A stretch of DNA of 64,000 bases from the human T2T-CHM13v2.0 reference genome, Homo sapiens, in assembly GCF_009914755.1 (NCBI RefSeq), contig NC_060929.1; one strand, given 5' to 3'. Made by a program: the position numbers and the translations under genes. The notes beneath the pieces are model-generated. The model did not search any database, was not told the origin of the DNA, and saw only the letters and a program-made list of their open reading frames with translations. This document shows positions 14,129 to 27,221 of this stretch, in pieces. Each line of letters opens with the position of its first letter. The stretch's first letter is position 1.

Positions 14129-16294
14129 CCAGTTCTCAATGTTTACATTTGTCTAGTATAAATTTTTATATTTTTTTACTCTAATTCTTTCTGAATCTTT
14201 ATATTTTAGGCATTTCTGTTGTAAATATTTTATAATTTAATTCATTTTTTGAAATCTGATCTGACAATCTCTGTCATTGCAATAGGGAGTTTATTCCATC
14301 TACATTTAATGTGATTATTTATAATTGTTTTTCTGTTTCTGAGATTTTCCACCTGTATTCTTTTTTTGTAGTCTTTTTAAAGATTGTTTAGTCTTCATCT
14401 TTTTCCTACTGCTCTGGTGACTTAGAAGCTGTACATTCTTTCTCTGCTTGTTAGTAATATCTCTATCTCCTCACTGAAATTATTTCTTAAAATTTTCTAA
14501 TAAAAAATGTGTGTTAAACTTACTATACTCCAGTGTATTCATTTCTCTTACTTTAAAATTCACAAATTAGTGATTATTACTATTTTCTCTATTTCACCTA
14601 AATCAATACTTGCATGGATTCACACACACATTTATCAGTTTTTTTGCTTTCTGTCTTTCTTTCTCTCTCATATTTCTCTTTTACCTTAAACGTCTGTTAT
14701 CAACTTTCTTCTTCCTGAATTACATTTTTAGAGTTTTTACAATAAACTATGAATTTTGTACACTTAATTTTCTTTGTTCAAAAATGCCTTCTATCTCACT
14801 CTCTTTATTGAATTATAGTTTACTTCACACAGAGTATATAATGATTAAAGTGTATAAATGATAAATGAATAAAGTTATGCTTAATACAGAAAAGCCTAGG
14901 TAAGCTTTGAAGTGTTACCTTTTTTAAATAAATATTTTAAAAGGTAATTTATTTTAGTGCCCAAGTAATTAAAATAGTTGAATTACTACTGAGTTTTCCT
15001 CTGGTAAATGTATTCTTTCTTGTGCAGTACAGTGAAGGGTTTTTTGTTGTTGATGTTCTGAAAGTTATTTTAAAAAATTTATCAAGATACAAATAAAAGC
15101 TCAACCAAAAGCGTATTGCTTATTTTGTGATTAAATTCATAATAAATTTATACTATTAATTTTCCTTCGTCTGTCTCTCAGACATAAATTCACATGCAGT
15201 GCAAAAATAAATAGCACTATGCTCTATAATAAACCTCACAACTTTCAAAAATATCATCTAGAAATAAGGGTTTGAATGTTCTTTTAAAATGTATCTCTGA
15301 GTATTTTGCTACTTTTACACATTAGATTTTCTAAGTCTATATACATTGTAATAGAGTGTGTACTTTTTTTCTTGATCTCCCCAAAACTGTATTTTCATTT
15401 ATAGATCTTTCTTATTTAAGAAACTTGGCCAACAGTGTAGAAGACAATCTGACAAAGCCAATTTGTCAGTGTCAGGAGAATTATCCCCCTTCAGAGATGA
15501 TCAAAGATGCCTAGCCTTGAAGAAAAAAAAAATTAAGTAAAAATTATGCTAAGCTCATATCATTTAAATTTCTTATCAAATTACTTTTTTCTCAATTCAG
15601 AAACATTACTTTTGAAGCAGTCTATCTTTGAGATAAATGCTAAGCCAAGAAGATTTATTATTTCATTGCAAACTACAGTTTTACAGAATGTAAGTTGACT
15701 TTGAGCAGACCAAGGACCTATTAAACTCAGAGAAGGGTCTGCAAGTTGAGCTCTAAGTATGTGAAAAATGCATGGATTAAGAAAATTAGGGAAATCCAAC
15801 ACCGAAGAGAATGGGAATGGTTTTATCTAGATGATTTTTTTTCCTGCTAGCCATTTCAGAAGGAAACTACATTTAACAGTTTCCAACTTTAGCTTATATA
15901 ATATAAATTAATGTTACCTATATACACTAATAAATGTTGACAGCATCAGAGTATTGATAATCATAAATATGACTCAGAAGAATAAAATTCCTATTAAATA
16001 TTCTCTGGGGTGTCTAAAATACATGACATACATTTACTGAAAAATATCTGTGAATTAAGGAAATGAGCCACTTCTTTTTAAAGATTAAAGATTATCTAAA
16101 ATTAACTTATATGAAATCCCTCTCTTGATGTCCCATGACAAATGAAACATGACTCTATAAGCTTTTTGATTCTTCTCAATTTGTATTTGACCAATGAACA
16201 AATTTTAATTTCCAAAATGAACAAATTTTTAATTTCTACCTTCATGATAGCTTGATATACTTAAGAAGGAAACAAAACAAAGTAAAAATCTGAA

Positions 16295-16570
16295 GGTCAA
16301 GCCAGACACAGAAAAGCGCACATTATATGATTTTATTTATAGAAAATATGAGATGAATCCAAACTAATCTATGCTGTTAGAATTTGGGTGCTATTATAGT
16401 TATGCTTTGGGCAGGGGGAGGGAGGGTGACTGGAAAGGAGCATGAGGTGTGCTACTAATGTCATATTTCTAGGTCTGGATGTTGAATCTTGAGTTTGTTT
16501 GGTTTGCAAGAATTTATAGAGCTATGTATTTATATATATGAATATTATGCTTCAATTTGAAAAGTTTTTA
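16295..16570 (+). mobile_element. Old L1 (L1MB/ME) 3' UTR fragment
   Basis: 'aagccagacacagaaaag...tatatgattt...aaactaatctatgctgttagaa' motif. Confidence 0.6.
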
Positions 16571-17154
16571 AAAACCTGAAAATCAGTATTAGAGCTATCT
16601 AACAGTCAGTCTTTACACACACACATGCTAAATTACATGTACAGTGCTAAGTTAGCTTAGACCTCAAAGCTGTCTGAAATGGGAGACATGATAGTATTTG
16701 TGAAAGTCGAGGCATATCTCTAAAATGTCTTTTAATTTTGACTTTGCTGGATTAGCACAATAATATTAAATACTATTTTAATAAGTCATGGAATATAAAA
16801 ATAGAGATAAGTAAAATATCATTAAATCTCAATGCAAATAACCTGAGAAAAGTTGGCTTTGTTTGGAATTCTACTGTTTGAATTAGAGAGTAAAGAAGGC
16901 TCTTTCTCTGTAGTTATAAAATAGCATTTTAATGAATGATTAGTAAAGCTGTTCAAGATCACACACAAAGAAAAAACTCAATTAATGTTAGATTTCTAGG
17001 TCAAACGAAACCCTAGAATCCTTTTCTCATTCATTGTCCTAATCTGTTGTGTTTCTGCACAAAATCAGCACATTATCAGGTAGTTATCTCACATTGCATT
17101 CCCTACTATCAGAAGGCCCGTTGCTAAGAGATGCCTTGTTTCTTTGCCTCTTAG

Positions 17155-17382
17155 AGGGAAAAGAAGAATATTGCTGCTCAACGAATTAGGGGATCCAGTG
17201 CAGACAGCCTTGTCACTGCTGATAGCCCCCCACCATCCATGTCATCAGTTATGAAGAATAACCCACTCTATGGTGACCTAAGTTTGGAGGAAGCTATGGA
17301 AGAAAGAAAAAAGAACCCCTCATGGACCATTGAGGAATATGACAAACATTCCCTGCACACAAACCTCTCTGGACATCTGAAG
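17155..17382 (+). CDS. MINAR2: MINAR2 coding exon 2 (aa 56-131, REKKNIAAQRIRGSSADSLV...SWTIEEYDKHSLHTNLSGHLK)
   Basis: Acceptor tttctttgcctcttag|AGG, donor AAG|GTACTC. 228 nt, phase 0/0, open and in frame with exon 1. Confidence 0.93.
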
Positions 17383-18710
17383 GTACTCACGACTAAGAGT
17401 CAACCTCTTCAACTGATAAGGGAGATCAGTCAAATAATCCTAAAAGAAAGCAATATTGAAGTGACAGGTACTCTTCACTAGGCGCAGAATCTCTAGATTT
17501 CAGAGCATTTTGGCTCCTGGCTTTTCTTTCTCCCTCCTAGTCAGTATTTGTGTTTATTTGTTTTGAGTTTTACAGTTTCAACAGTTACTGGCAACTGTAC
17601 AGTGTAGAGAAGAAAAAAGCCATGTGGTACAGAACAAAGGTTTTCCAGGAGGGTAAAAGGTTTATTGAAAATTAATTTGCAAGATCACATTTTCTGTCAG
17701 TTTGTAAACATTTATGTTCATGAACACTTAAGAGCTGATTCCCTAGTCTACATTTATTCAAAAATATTTATTAAGTGTTCTGTGTTAGGCACTGTGCAAG
17801 GAACTTCTCATCAAAGATTATTTTATCTCAGCCCTCTCAGTGATTTAAGATTGCAGATTTACATTTTGGTTATTTTCCTGTGTCTCAGTAACAAAACAAA
17901 ACAAAAACATTTCAACACAGGAAAAGTATGCAATGAACTCATTCACCCAGCTTAAACCCAACTTAAGTTTTTCTTTCTTTGTTTGCCCCCACTGGTGTCA
18001 CCCCATCACATGAAAAACTTCAAAATACCTGAAAAGCAAGGAAGCAGCCCTCTGTTTTCTGAATGGACTGGATTCCTACCCAGCCTTGGCTTGCCTCCAC
18101 CTGCCCTAGGCCAGGAAGGCCTGCCATTTTCCAAGTATATACCCTTCATTTAAAAATGTTTATCTAAGCTAAGCCCCATACCTTAAGCACTCGAGAATTT
18201 TTTTCTTTTTTTTTTAAAGAGGACAGCACCCTGTCTCCTTGAATCCTACTCACACTTTTTACAATTTCAAATATGTGCTGCTCAAAAGATCCACTGTCCA
18301 GAATCTTTGAAGTTTCTTAATCTCTTAGTAGATTGAATGTATCTCCTCCTTTACGTAGCCCATTTTCCAGAGAAGTTTACATAACAGATGCTCTCCACAG
18401 AAACAATAATCTTGTGTTTCTTTTTCCTTCTTTCTTTAAATTTTGCATTCCTTACCAAGAGTCTTAAGGACATCTAAAAAGTCACCCCTACTATTAGAAA
18501 AAAAAGTACTGATTTATTTTACAGACATTTCTTGACTGTATGTTAGGGCCTCTTCCTTTTGCTGTTTACATGCAAAATAAGGGAACTATGGAGGTGAATG
18601 TTCCTGTCCCTACCCTCAAAAAGTTGATCTAACTGAGCAAACTAACAGACAATAACTATAGAACAAGATAAAGGAAGCTAACGGTAATAGTAACAGAAAG
18701 TGCCATGCAG

Positions 18711-19544
18711 TGTTCTAACTCATAAGTGGGAGCTGAACAATGAGAACACATGGACACAGGGAGGGGAACAACACACGCTGGGGCCTGTGAGGGGTGGGGG
18801 ACAAGGGGAAGGAGAACATCAGGACAAATACCTAATGCATGCGGGACTTAAAACCTAGATGACGGGTTCATAGGTGCAGCAAACCACCGTGGCACAGGTA
18901 TAACTATGTAACAAACCTGCACATTCTGCACATGTATCCCATAACATAAAGTAAAAAAAAAAATCTGTACCCCAAATTCTCAAGATACACTTTACCTATA
19001 TAGAAAACTAGCACATGTAACCCTGAAGCTAAAATAAAAGTTCACAAAAAAAGAAACCAAAATGCCTTTTCCCTCACATTTGCCAATACTGGTTACTTTT
19101 CAAATAAATTATCAATGATTGGAAAAAATGGTAACACATTGTTTGCTGATTTTCATTTTTCTGATTACCAGGCAAGGCTGAACATTCCAGTAAAAGTATA
19201 AAATTTGTTCACTATAAAAGCCCAAATTAGGATTAGTGTGATAGCACATAATTATCTCCTGTTAAATGTTGCCATAGGCTTACCTATGATACTCTTCATT
19301 CTCCGTCCTAGGAAATTGCTGATTTTCAGGTTTTCTGCTCTTTGTGGAATTAGTCCATCATCACCATTGCCAGCAGCAGCACAATCAGTCAGGTTTTCTG
19401 ATAATCCCATGTTATTACTTCCGTGCTTCTTTATTTCTTCTTCAACCTTGAGTAGAAGTTTGATATTAAGAATGGTTATTACTTTATACAATAAAAAGAA
19501 GTTTTGTTTCACTGAAAAAAAAATAAAGAAGAAAAATAAAGAAG
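18711..19544 (+). mobile_element. 5'-truncated L1PA 3' end with a 3'-transduced flank and a second poly(A) tail
   Basis: L1PA 3' UTR plus A-tail at 18711-18963, older L1 3' end at 18964-19055, non-L1PA sequence to 19514, AATAAA at 19490-19495, poly(A) from 19515. Degenerate TSD agaaagtgccatgcag (18695-18710) / acaaagtgcctgtag (19545-19559). Confidence 0.85.
19284..19446 (-). pseudogene. Isolated POTE/ANKRD26-family exon copy, frameshifted
   Basis: The minus strand reads [36 protein letters not shown], then after a frameshift [17 protein letters not shown]. This matches the recalled POTE segment after the ankyrin repeats. Acceptor aacttctactcaag|GTT and donor CATAG|GTAAGC are retained. Confidence 0.85.
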
Positions 19545-21660
19545 ACAAAGTGCCTGTAGGATAGGAAGGGGGCACAAATCACATCTGATTATAAAAGGAC
19601 TTCATGAAAAAATAAACTTATGGGCTTGAAGGATGTATAGAATTCCCAAAGGTATAGATGGTTTGCCTAAGTGGGAAGGCTCTTTTGTCAGGAGTAGCAA
19701 GAGCAAAGGCAGAAATATAGGAGATACAGGTTAAGTAACAGAATAATGAGAAAATAAGGCTAGAAAATAAAGCTAAAAAATGTTTGAATGCTACACTTAG
19801 GAAACTGAATATTATTGGCAATAGGGAGTAATTTTTTAAGCTGGACAATTATATGAATTATGTTTAGGAAGAATGAGCCATATATACAATGAGTGCCATG
19901 TTTTACTACAATTAGGACCTGCTCCCTCCCCTACCCAGTCCTCTGTTTACACTCTCACTCTCCCTAAAGCAGTGGACTCTGAGGTCTGAGGCCTGTTTTA
20001 CAGGTCTCATAAGGTTATTCGTCAGCACTAACTTCCTGAGAGAAGCTTCTGGAAACCATAACTTTGGTTTTCATTAAAATTTTTTCTTATGCCTCATTAA
20101 TTCAACTTTCATCTTCACCCTTGTCTATATCTCATAGAGCCCCTAACTTACTTTCTGAAACCTTGACACCACTTTTAGGCTATAAACCCAAGTCCCTGTG
20201 GTCACTCCCATTTTTCTACATTGGTAAGAGTTTATAAGCCAGAAAAGAGAAAAGAAATCCATGTTTAATTACAAAGGAAAGCTATATGCAGAATGTGACA
20301 AAATAGTCTCTATTAATGAAGCTCTTAGTGGAGAACAGAGGCATTAAACTTACAGAGTGCAGGCCTCTGATGATAGGACACAAAATGAAGGATAGGCATG
20401 AGGTAGATGAGGATTTTTACATCATTACCCTTCTTCACAGATCATCCATATTTTATTTTAACATTTTAGCATTTCTAAAACTAAGAAGTTCCAACTAGTA
20501 CTAGGGTAATGGGAGAATTATATTGCCATCAGCAGAATCTATCCTCGCTTTCTATTAATACATGCATGCACATTCCTCTCCTAGCAGTGCACCTGGAAGT
20601 CTGAAGCTAGTTCATTGACCCCTGATGCTGATAAAGAAAACTTGCTGTGCCACATTTCAGCTAGCTTTAAGTCTCCTGAGACTGGAGAGGCAAAGAGAGG
20701 GTAGGCAGTCCACTGTAAGCCATTACAATAAAGCAGATGAAATATAATGAAGCATGAAGTAGGTTTGTGAAAGCAGAGATTGAGTATTCATTGTAAATTT
20801 GTTGTATAGAAGGCATAGACACCAAATCTACAGCACCAAAACATAGCAAGAGATGTAATAGGAAAAAAATGTATTTTTATAAATGTATGGACAATAGACT
20901 TTGCAGGTGATTTATCAGGTACAGGAGATCAGGTTGACTTGATAATTCTATGGGCCTGAAGGAAAGATGAAGTCTGTGAAAGAAAGAGAGACATGGGGAA
21001 TAAATAAGAGCTGATGTGGGGAAGAATATAATGGGTCCTTTTTTCAGGAGGTCAAACAAAGTTTCTGCATGCCAGACATGTGGCAGCCCTCTACAAGGAA
21101 AATCAGTGGGTCAAGAGTAATGGAAGAGACTCCTGACTTTTAGCCCTACTACTTCCATGAAAGTCAGCTTCCGGGTTTACTGAAAACCCCACCAAGCATG
21201 TTTATTCCTGGCATGCAGACAAAATCAAACCTCAAAGGTTCATCTAAAGCAAAGAATTTTCATTTTATTTCAACTTACTATGCTGAATTACATGCACTAT
21301 TTATAGGATGTAAGGAACACCAAATTGGCTACAATGTGATAGAAACACCGTTGTGTTTCTGACCCTCTGATGTGAGCAATTTAATTAAAGAATCATGAAG
21401 GCCTCCTAATTAATTCTGATGCAGACCTACAAATTGGAATTGCAGGGATTCCTTGTCAGCCAGGAGACTGTAGCTGCAATTTTATGCTATTCAAGGAAGC
21501 CTCATACCGCTCATGTGAGCCATGACATTGAAGCCTTGCCCAGGACAGAGTGAATATGGACCATCAGTCCCCATGACAGTGTCTTGTTCTGCAATCTCAA
21601 TTAATTTGTAACACTGACTGATTACTGATTAATCATATTCTCTATGTAATTTTCTTTTAG

Positions 21661-21840
21661 GAAAATCCTAATGACCTGCGGTTTTGGTTGGGAGACATGT
21701 ACACTCCAGGTTTTGACACTTTATTGAAAAAGGAAGAGAAACAAGAGAAGCATTCAAAATTCTGTCGTATGGGTCTGATTTTACTTGTCGTTATCTCCAT
21801 CTTGGTTACCATAGTGACTATCATTACTTTTTTCACCTGA
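21661..21840 (+). CDS. MINAR2: MINAR2 coding exon 3 (aa 132-190 plus TGA) with the C-terminal TM helix GLILLVVISILVTIVTIITFF
   Basis: Acceptor aattttcttttag|GAA, 59 codons then TGA at 21838-21840. Total 55+76+59 = 190 aa. Confidence 0.95.
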   Translation, partial: ENPNDLRFWLGDMYTPGFDTLLKKEEKQEKHSKFCRMGLILLVVISILVTIVTIITFFT

Positions 21841-22619
21841 GGAAACTGCAACAATCAGAGCTACTTTAAATTTCCTAAAAATTTTTCTGATAAACATTTG
21901 AAACCCCCCCCACCAAAATAACAAAAAAACACATGTACATGCAGTGTGAATGGATTGTTGATTGTATTATTAAATGTAATTGTCCTGAAGAATGTGAATG
22001 TCAGGCGTGGTATGCTGGCTTCTCCACTTTGTTCTATAAAAGCTTTCTAAGAGTGCCACCCTGAACTTTGGGAAGCAGGAATTCTGAGGACCATAATCAC
22101 AGAATAGTCACTATATGCAACCCACATTAAATATCTTTATAGGGAGCAAACAGTATCAAAAATTGTCAGCAGCTTTGTTTTCATGCTTAAACTATATTAA
22201 CCTTGTTTTAAAAATACTGTTAACTCTTTACCACCTCATCCTCCTGTGATCACCAGAAAAGTTTGAGCTGATAATTTTTTTTTTAACCAACTGCTGGGTA
22301 GCTAGGATAAAAATCTTCCAGTTGTGCTGCCAACTGAGTTAGATTCATTCTCTGTTTTATTTTCCTGTATTTCTGTTTAAGTCAGAAAAAAGGAAAAAGG
22401 GAAATATCTTATTCAAATCTATTCTTATTTCCCCAGTAATCATCTATGATGCCCCAATTTCATGTTGCAATTTTAATAGAATTAAACTTGGATAGGCCAT
22501 AGTTACATAATTAATTACATTTAGATCCAATTTATCCAAATTGGCTGTGACCCCTGGTGGCAGTCAGTGTGCATATATTACCAACCATGGTCTAGGTTGG
22601 GGGTCCCTAGGAAAGCAGA

Positions 22620-22815
22620 GGGAATACTGCTAAGAGAACAGAGTTTGAAGCCTAACTGCTACTTGCTAACAGACTCTGGCAAGTTATTCTCTCAGAGAAG
22701 GAATGATATTACCTGCCCAACAGGGCTGGCCAAAGGACCAAATACAAAACAGGTATGAACAGTATCTGGCTCGAAATAAGCAGTTGCTTAATTAAAGGCA
22801 GTTGTTATTATTAAT
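22620..22815 (+). mobile_element. MIR fragment in the 3' UTR
   Basis: 'gctacttgctaacagactctggcaagttattc...acctgcccaacagggctgg...aacagtatctggctcgaaataagcagttgc' resembles MIR. Confidence 0.55.
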
Positions 22816-23076
22816 TTATGCTAGCTAATTGACAACCTGAGTTTACCTTCCATTGTCTGCAGATACCTGGGGACATGGTTGTAGACACAGATGGGGAATC
22901 AAGTCACCATCCTGCCCTTCCTTCTAGAACATCCTTTCCTAAGCCCCTCATTCCCACTCTTTTCTCATCTTTAAACAACCCAGCCAAAGGCTATCTTATG
23001 CAAGAAACAAAAGAGGGACTTTCTCTTCTTCTCATGAGCCTAAAGTCAGATTTTGTCCCTTGATATTGCCATATCA

Positions 23077-23515
<439 letters not shown>

Positions 23516-23577
23516 TTAGTCATATTTGTAGTCCCTGATTTTTTATTCCTCTTCTCCTCCGTGGAAGGTTCCAGTAC

Positions 23578-23625
23578 AATTTAAAACTGAATTACAGGAG
23601 AAATTTAAAACTGAATTACAAGAAA
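23578..23625 (+). repeat. 24-bp tandem duplication
   Basis: aatttaaaactgaattacaggaga / aatttaaaactgaattacaagaaa. Confidence 0.85.
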
Positions 23626-25917
23626 TAAAGTATCAGGGACTTTATCACTCTCGCTGTGGACAGATATTGCTTGCTGTTACTCTGCCTTCAAAGCTTACCT
23701 GCCTAAAGTTTACCTCTAAGGGATTCAAAACATGTTCAGGTCTCTGCCACACGTGGAAAACATCTGTGCTGCATCAGGTCACATGTGGCTGCCTAGGATT
23801 AAGCATGGGTAAGGCTTCTAAAGGCAATAAGCAAGAGTAACCAGAAAAGTGTAAAGCCTGCTTACCTGAATTCCTGTCTCCCTTGCCCCCATCTCATTAC
23901 CTTTCTCTTCTGCCTAGTCAATTCTGGTCAAGCACCTAGTATTCTTCTATTCTCCCTATCCCTCTTCTATTCTTATTTATGATACTATCAGTCATTTAGG
24001 TTTCATCATAAATGAGTTTATTACTTTCCTATTGCTTCCAAACCAATCTTCAGTTTTAGCTTTCAATGTAACTGTAAAATCAAAATATATTATTGCCCTG
24101 CCTTGAATTAATGTTATGCATCTACATGTGTGGGCAACTTATAAATAAAGAGAATTTACCTGTTTACACTCAAAATAATACCTTAAAAGAAGTTCCAATT
24201 TTGCCTTCTACAGTACAGATTTTTGTGAAAATGGAGCAGAAAGAGCATAAAGTCATGGAAAATGCAGAGGCGATGGCCCTAAACAGGCTTATGTTGAAAT
24301 CGGCTTTCTTGAGAAGCTCTCATCCAGATTCAATGAAAAAGTGTCTCTAAAATATTTAAATGCAATCCTTGGCAAATAACGGGTAGTCAATAAATAATAA
24401 TTATTATTATCTTTAACACTGACTATTTTAGTAACTTTTAACCTAAATTGGGGTGAGAACACCTGGCTCCACCAGTTCTTAAGTTATAATAATTTAGTTT
24501 CAACAATAATCTTCCCCAGGTTTTTGTATACCGCCCCACACCCCCCCCCCCGCCCCCGCCAAGAAAAGGTATCTTTTGTATTTTTGCTTTGTTTTTGTAT
24601 ATTAGGTGAGTGTGTGGGAGGCCTAAAAGCAAATGGTATATTAAATTTTCTTTCAAAAAAAATTCCAACTGTGCATACTTTTTAAAAGTGCTCCTCCCAG
24701 ACTCAACAGGAGGATTAAAGTTTTTTTTTTAACATAATCCATTAATGGCCGTTCCAATTATATTCATGCTGCTGTCACCTAGTGGAGAGTTTAGTGAGTG
24801 GAAAACAGAAAAGGGAGCGTCCTGGATACGTTTCTCCAGAGTGCACTACTGCCATCTGGTGGTGATATTTACTAGGCCTGCCCTCAACTCATGAAAAAGC
24901 ATTTTACCAAAGGGATATGCCTCTGTAATTACAATCAGTGTGATGGCATGACTCACAGCTCCTGCAACCACTAATTTTGATACCCTCTCATCTTTCAAGA
25001 AAAGAAATATGATTGGCCTTGAGTCATACTGACACTTGAAGGCAGAGCTGTAACCCTCAGCATCAACTCTTGACTCTGAGGCACATCTTATGCTAAAGCT
25101 AAAAGCTAGAGGAATGCCTGGAAATTGCCCCATTTCTAATCTCTTCAAATGGGTTAAAGTTTTAGGAATATTAAACAACTTACTGCTTGTTTCAGAGTTG
25201 GTATGATCGCCTGAATTTCTACATTTGTAGCTCTCTGTATTGAGGGTGTCTTTAAATATTATTTTTTAGTAATTTTTTACTAAAATTAAATTTTAATAAT
25301 GTTGAATTATTAAATGGTATCTGTACCCATTGCTTAACACAGGTCTTAAGTTCTCCCCTCATATAATTGAATAAATATAATTTTATTATATCTGAGAAAT
25401 AATTTTTAAAACTGTAATTAGGGCCCTTAAATCTCAACACCTCTGGATTTCTACTTCCAAACCCACAGAGTCTAAGAGAATATACACTTTAGAGGAAAGA
25501 CAACTTTTTTGGTTTCTTCCAAATAATCACTTAGTCCAGGCTCTTGCCTAACGTAAGGTGAGAATATTCAACCAAAGTGAACGACTTCAGAAACCGAACC
25601 CAGATTTCTACCAGAGCAGTTCTGCTTTCATTTTATAGACACTGTAACTCATGTACCTCATCCAGTTTCCCTCGTTTTGCAGACTGTAGGAAAGGGAGTG
25701 GATAGGACTTCCTTGTGTGTATTTTGAGCCCTTCCCGCATTCCTGGCTCCATTTTATAATCTGCCCTTTCCTGCCTCTTACTTTCTGCCTTAAATACACG
25801 GTGCTCTGTCTTTCCTCAATGCCTTATACTTACTGAAAAGATGCAGAGTATATAGAACTATATGGACTATATAAACAATTGTGTGTCTGTATTTAAAATA
25901 TATGCATATATACATAA

Positions 25918-26204
<287 letters not shown>

Positions 26205-26804
26205 AAAAGGCTCTCTTTCAAAATAAAAAATTGAAATAAATATTGTATCTTTTAAATAAAGAAATTCTTTTTTCAGTATAAAATATTCTCTGACTAGATT
26301 TCTTTAGCAAGAAGGAAAAAGATTCAAGGCTTACACAGTTTTGCTTATCCTGTACGCCGTTTTTAAGTTCCTGACAAAGAAAAGGTAGTAATTCTTCTTA
26401 TGCTAATTAAACTGGTGGGTTTTTCTCAGCTATGAAATAAGCGCTAAAATCTCTCACATTAGAATTAGTTTCAAAGTTGGGAAATATTGTTTAGATAATT
26501 ATTTGAATAATAAAACAATGGTTAGGCCAGATTCAAAAGTATATCAGTAAATATAAATGAAACAGCAGTTAACTAAGTTTCTTTCTTAAAAATACATTAT
26601 TTTAAAGGCTGAAACATTTCTAATCAATACTTAATAGAATAATTTTATTGTTCCTGCTGCAAAAGTTTTCTTTTTTTTTTAATATAATGATCAGAAACCA
26701 CTTTCAAGAATTGCAAACCCAGGAAAAAAGTTTTATTTTGCTTATCATGAACATATAAATGTACAGCTTTTACAGCTGTTTTCCAAGTTATTCAGGAAGA
26801 TTCT

Positions 26805-27221
26805 TGACAAAGACTCTGTCCTTGATCTAATGCTAGTTAGGCTCCCCCGAGTGTCTCTCTGACTAGGCTCTGGATCTTGGGTTGTGTCCATGGTTGGCTT
26901 ATTCCACTTTTGGCAAAAATCTTGCTAAGTCAGTTTACAGTAAATCTGACTACCCTCTATACGATATCTTATCACCCTGGCCTTCCTTCAGTAAAAATCC
27001 TGTTAGGTCAGTTTAGCAAAATATTACCCTACTCTTAGTAATATTCCATCCATCAAAGCCTGACTGTTCCCCTTAGCTATAAGTCTCCACTTTTCCTTAT
27101 CATATTCAGAGTGGAGACTGATCTCTCTCCTCTACTATAAAACCCCACTGCAGAAGCCTCCCTTGAATAAAGTCTTCTTCACTGCCTTTAACATGTGTCG
27201 TAAACAATTTTTCCTTTAACA
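26805..27221 (+). mobile_element. ERV1 solo LTR, MER31-like
   Basis: Starts TGACAAAGACTCT, has internal repeats 'aatcttgctaagtcagttta/aatcctgttaggtcagttta', TATAA and AATAAA, and ends ...CTTTAACA. Confidence 0.75.

Larger units (their letters stand above)
11200..14800 (-). mobile_element. Highly diverged old L1 (L1M-type), antisense, interrupted by younger inserts
   Basis: T-rich sequence with residual antisense ORF2 motifs ('ggattacactgaatgcatagatcaa', 'tcaatccatgaccatg', 'ccattcccttaattagcttaagaaaattttctactagttctagtt'). Boundaries are approximate. Confidence 0.6.
18570..19870 (-). mobile_element. L2 fragment split in two (~18570-18710 and ~19545-19870) by the L1 insertion
   Basis: 'cctgtccctaccctcaaaaagttgatctaact' on the left and 'ggacttcatgaaaaa...tgggcttgaaggatgtatagaatt' on the right read as collinear antisense L2. 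Confidence 0.55.

Noticed and set aside
19205-19575. ORFs of 119 aa (+) and 107 aa (-) as real genes
   Set aside because: They span the poly(A) tail and TSD. Only the internal frameshifted POTE-like exon is meaningful.
24531-24560. C-rich run (minus-strand G-quadruplex potential)
   Set aside because: An isolated low-complexity tract with no supporting promoter context.
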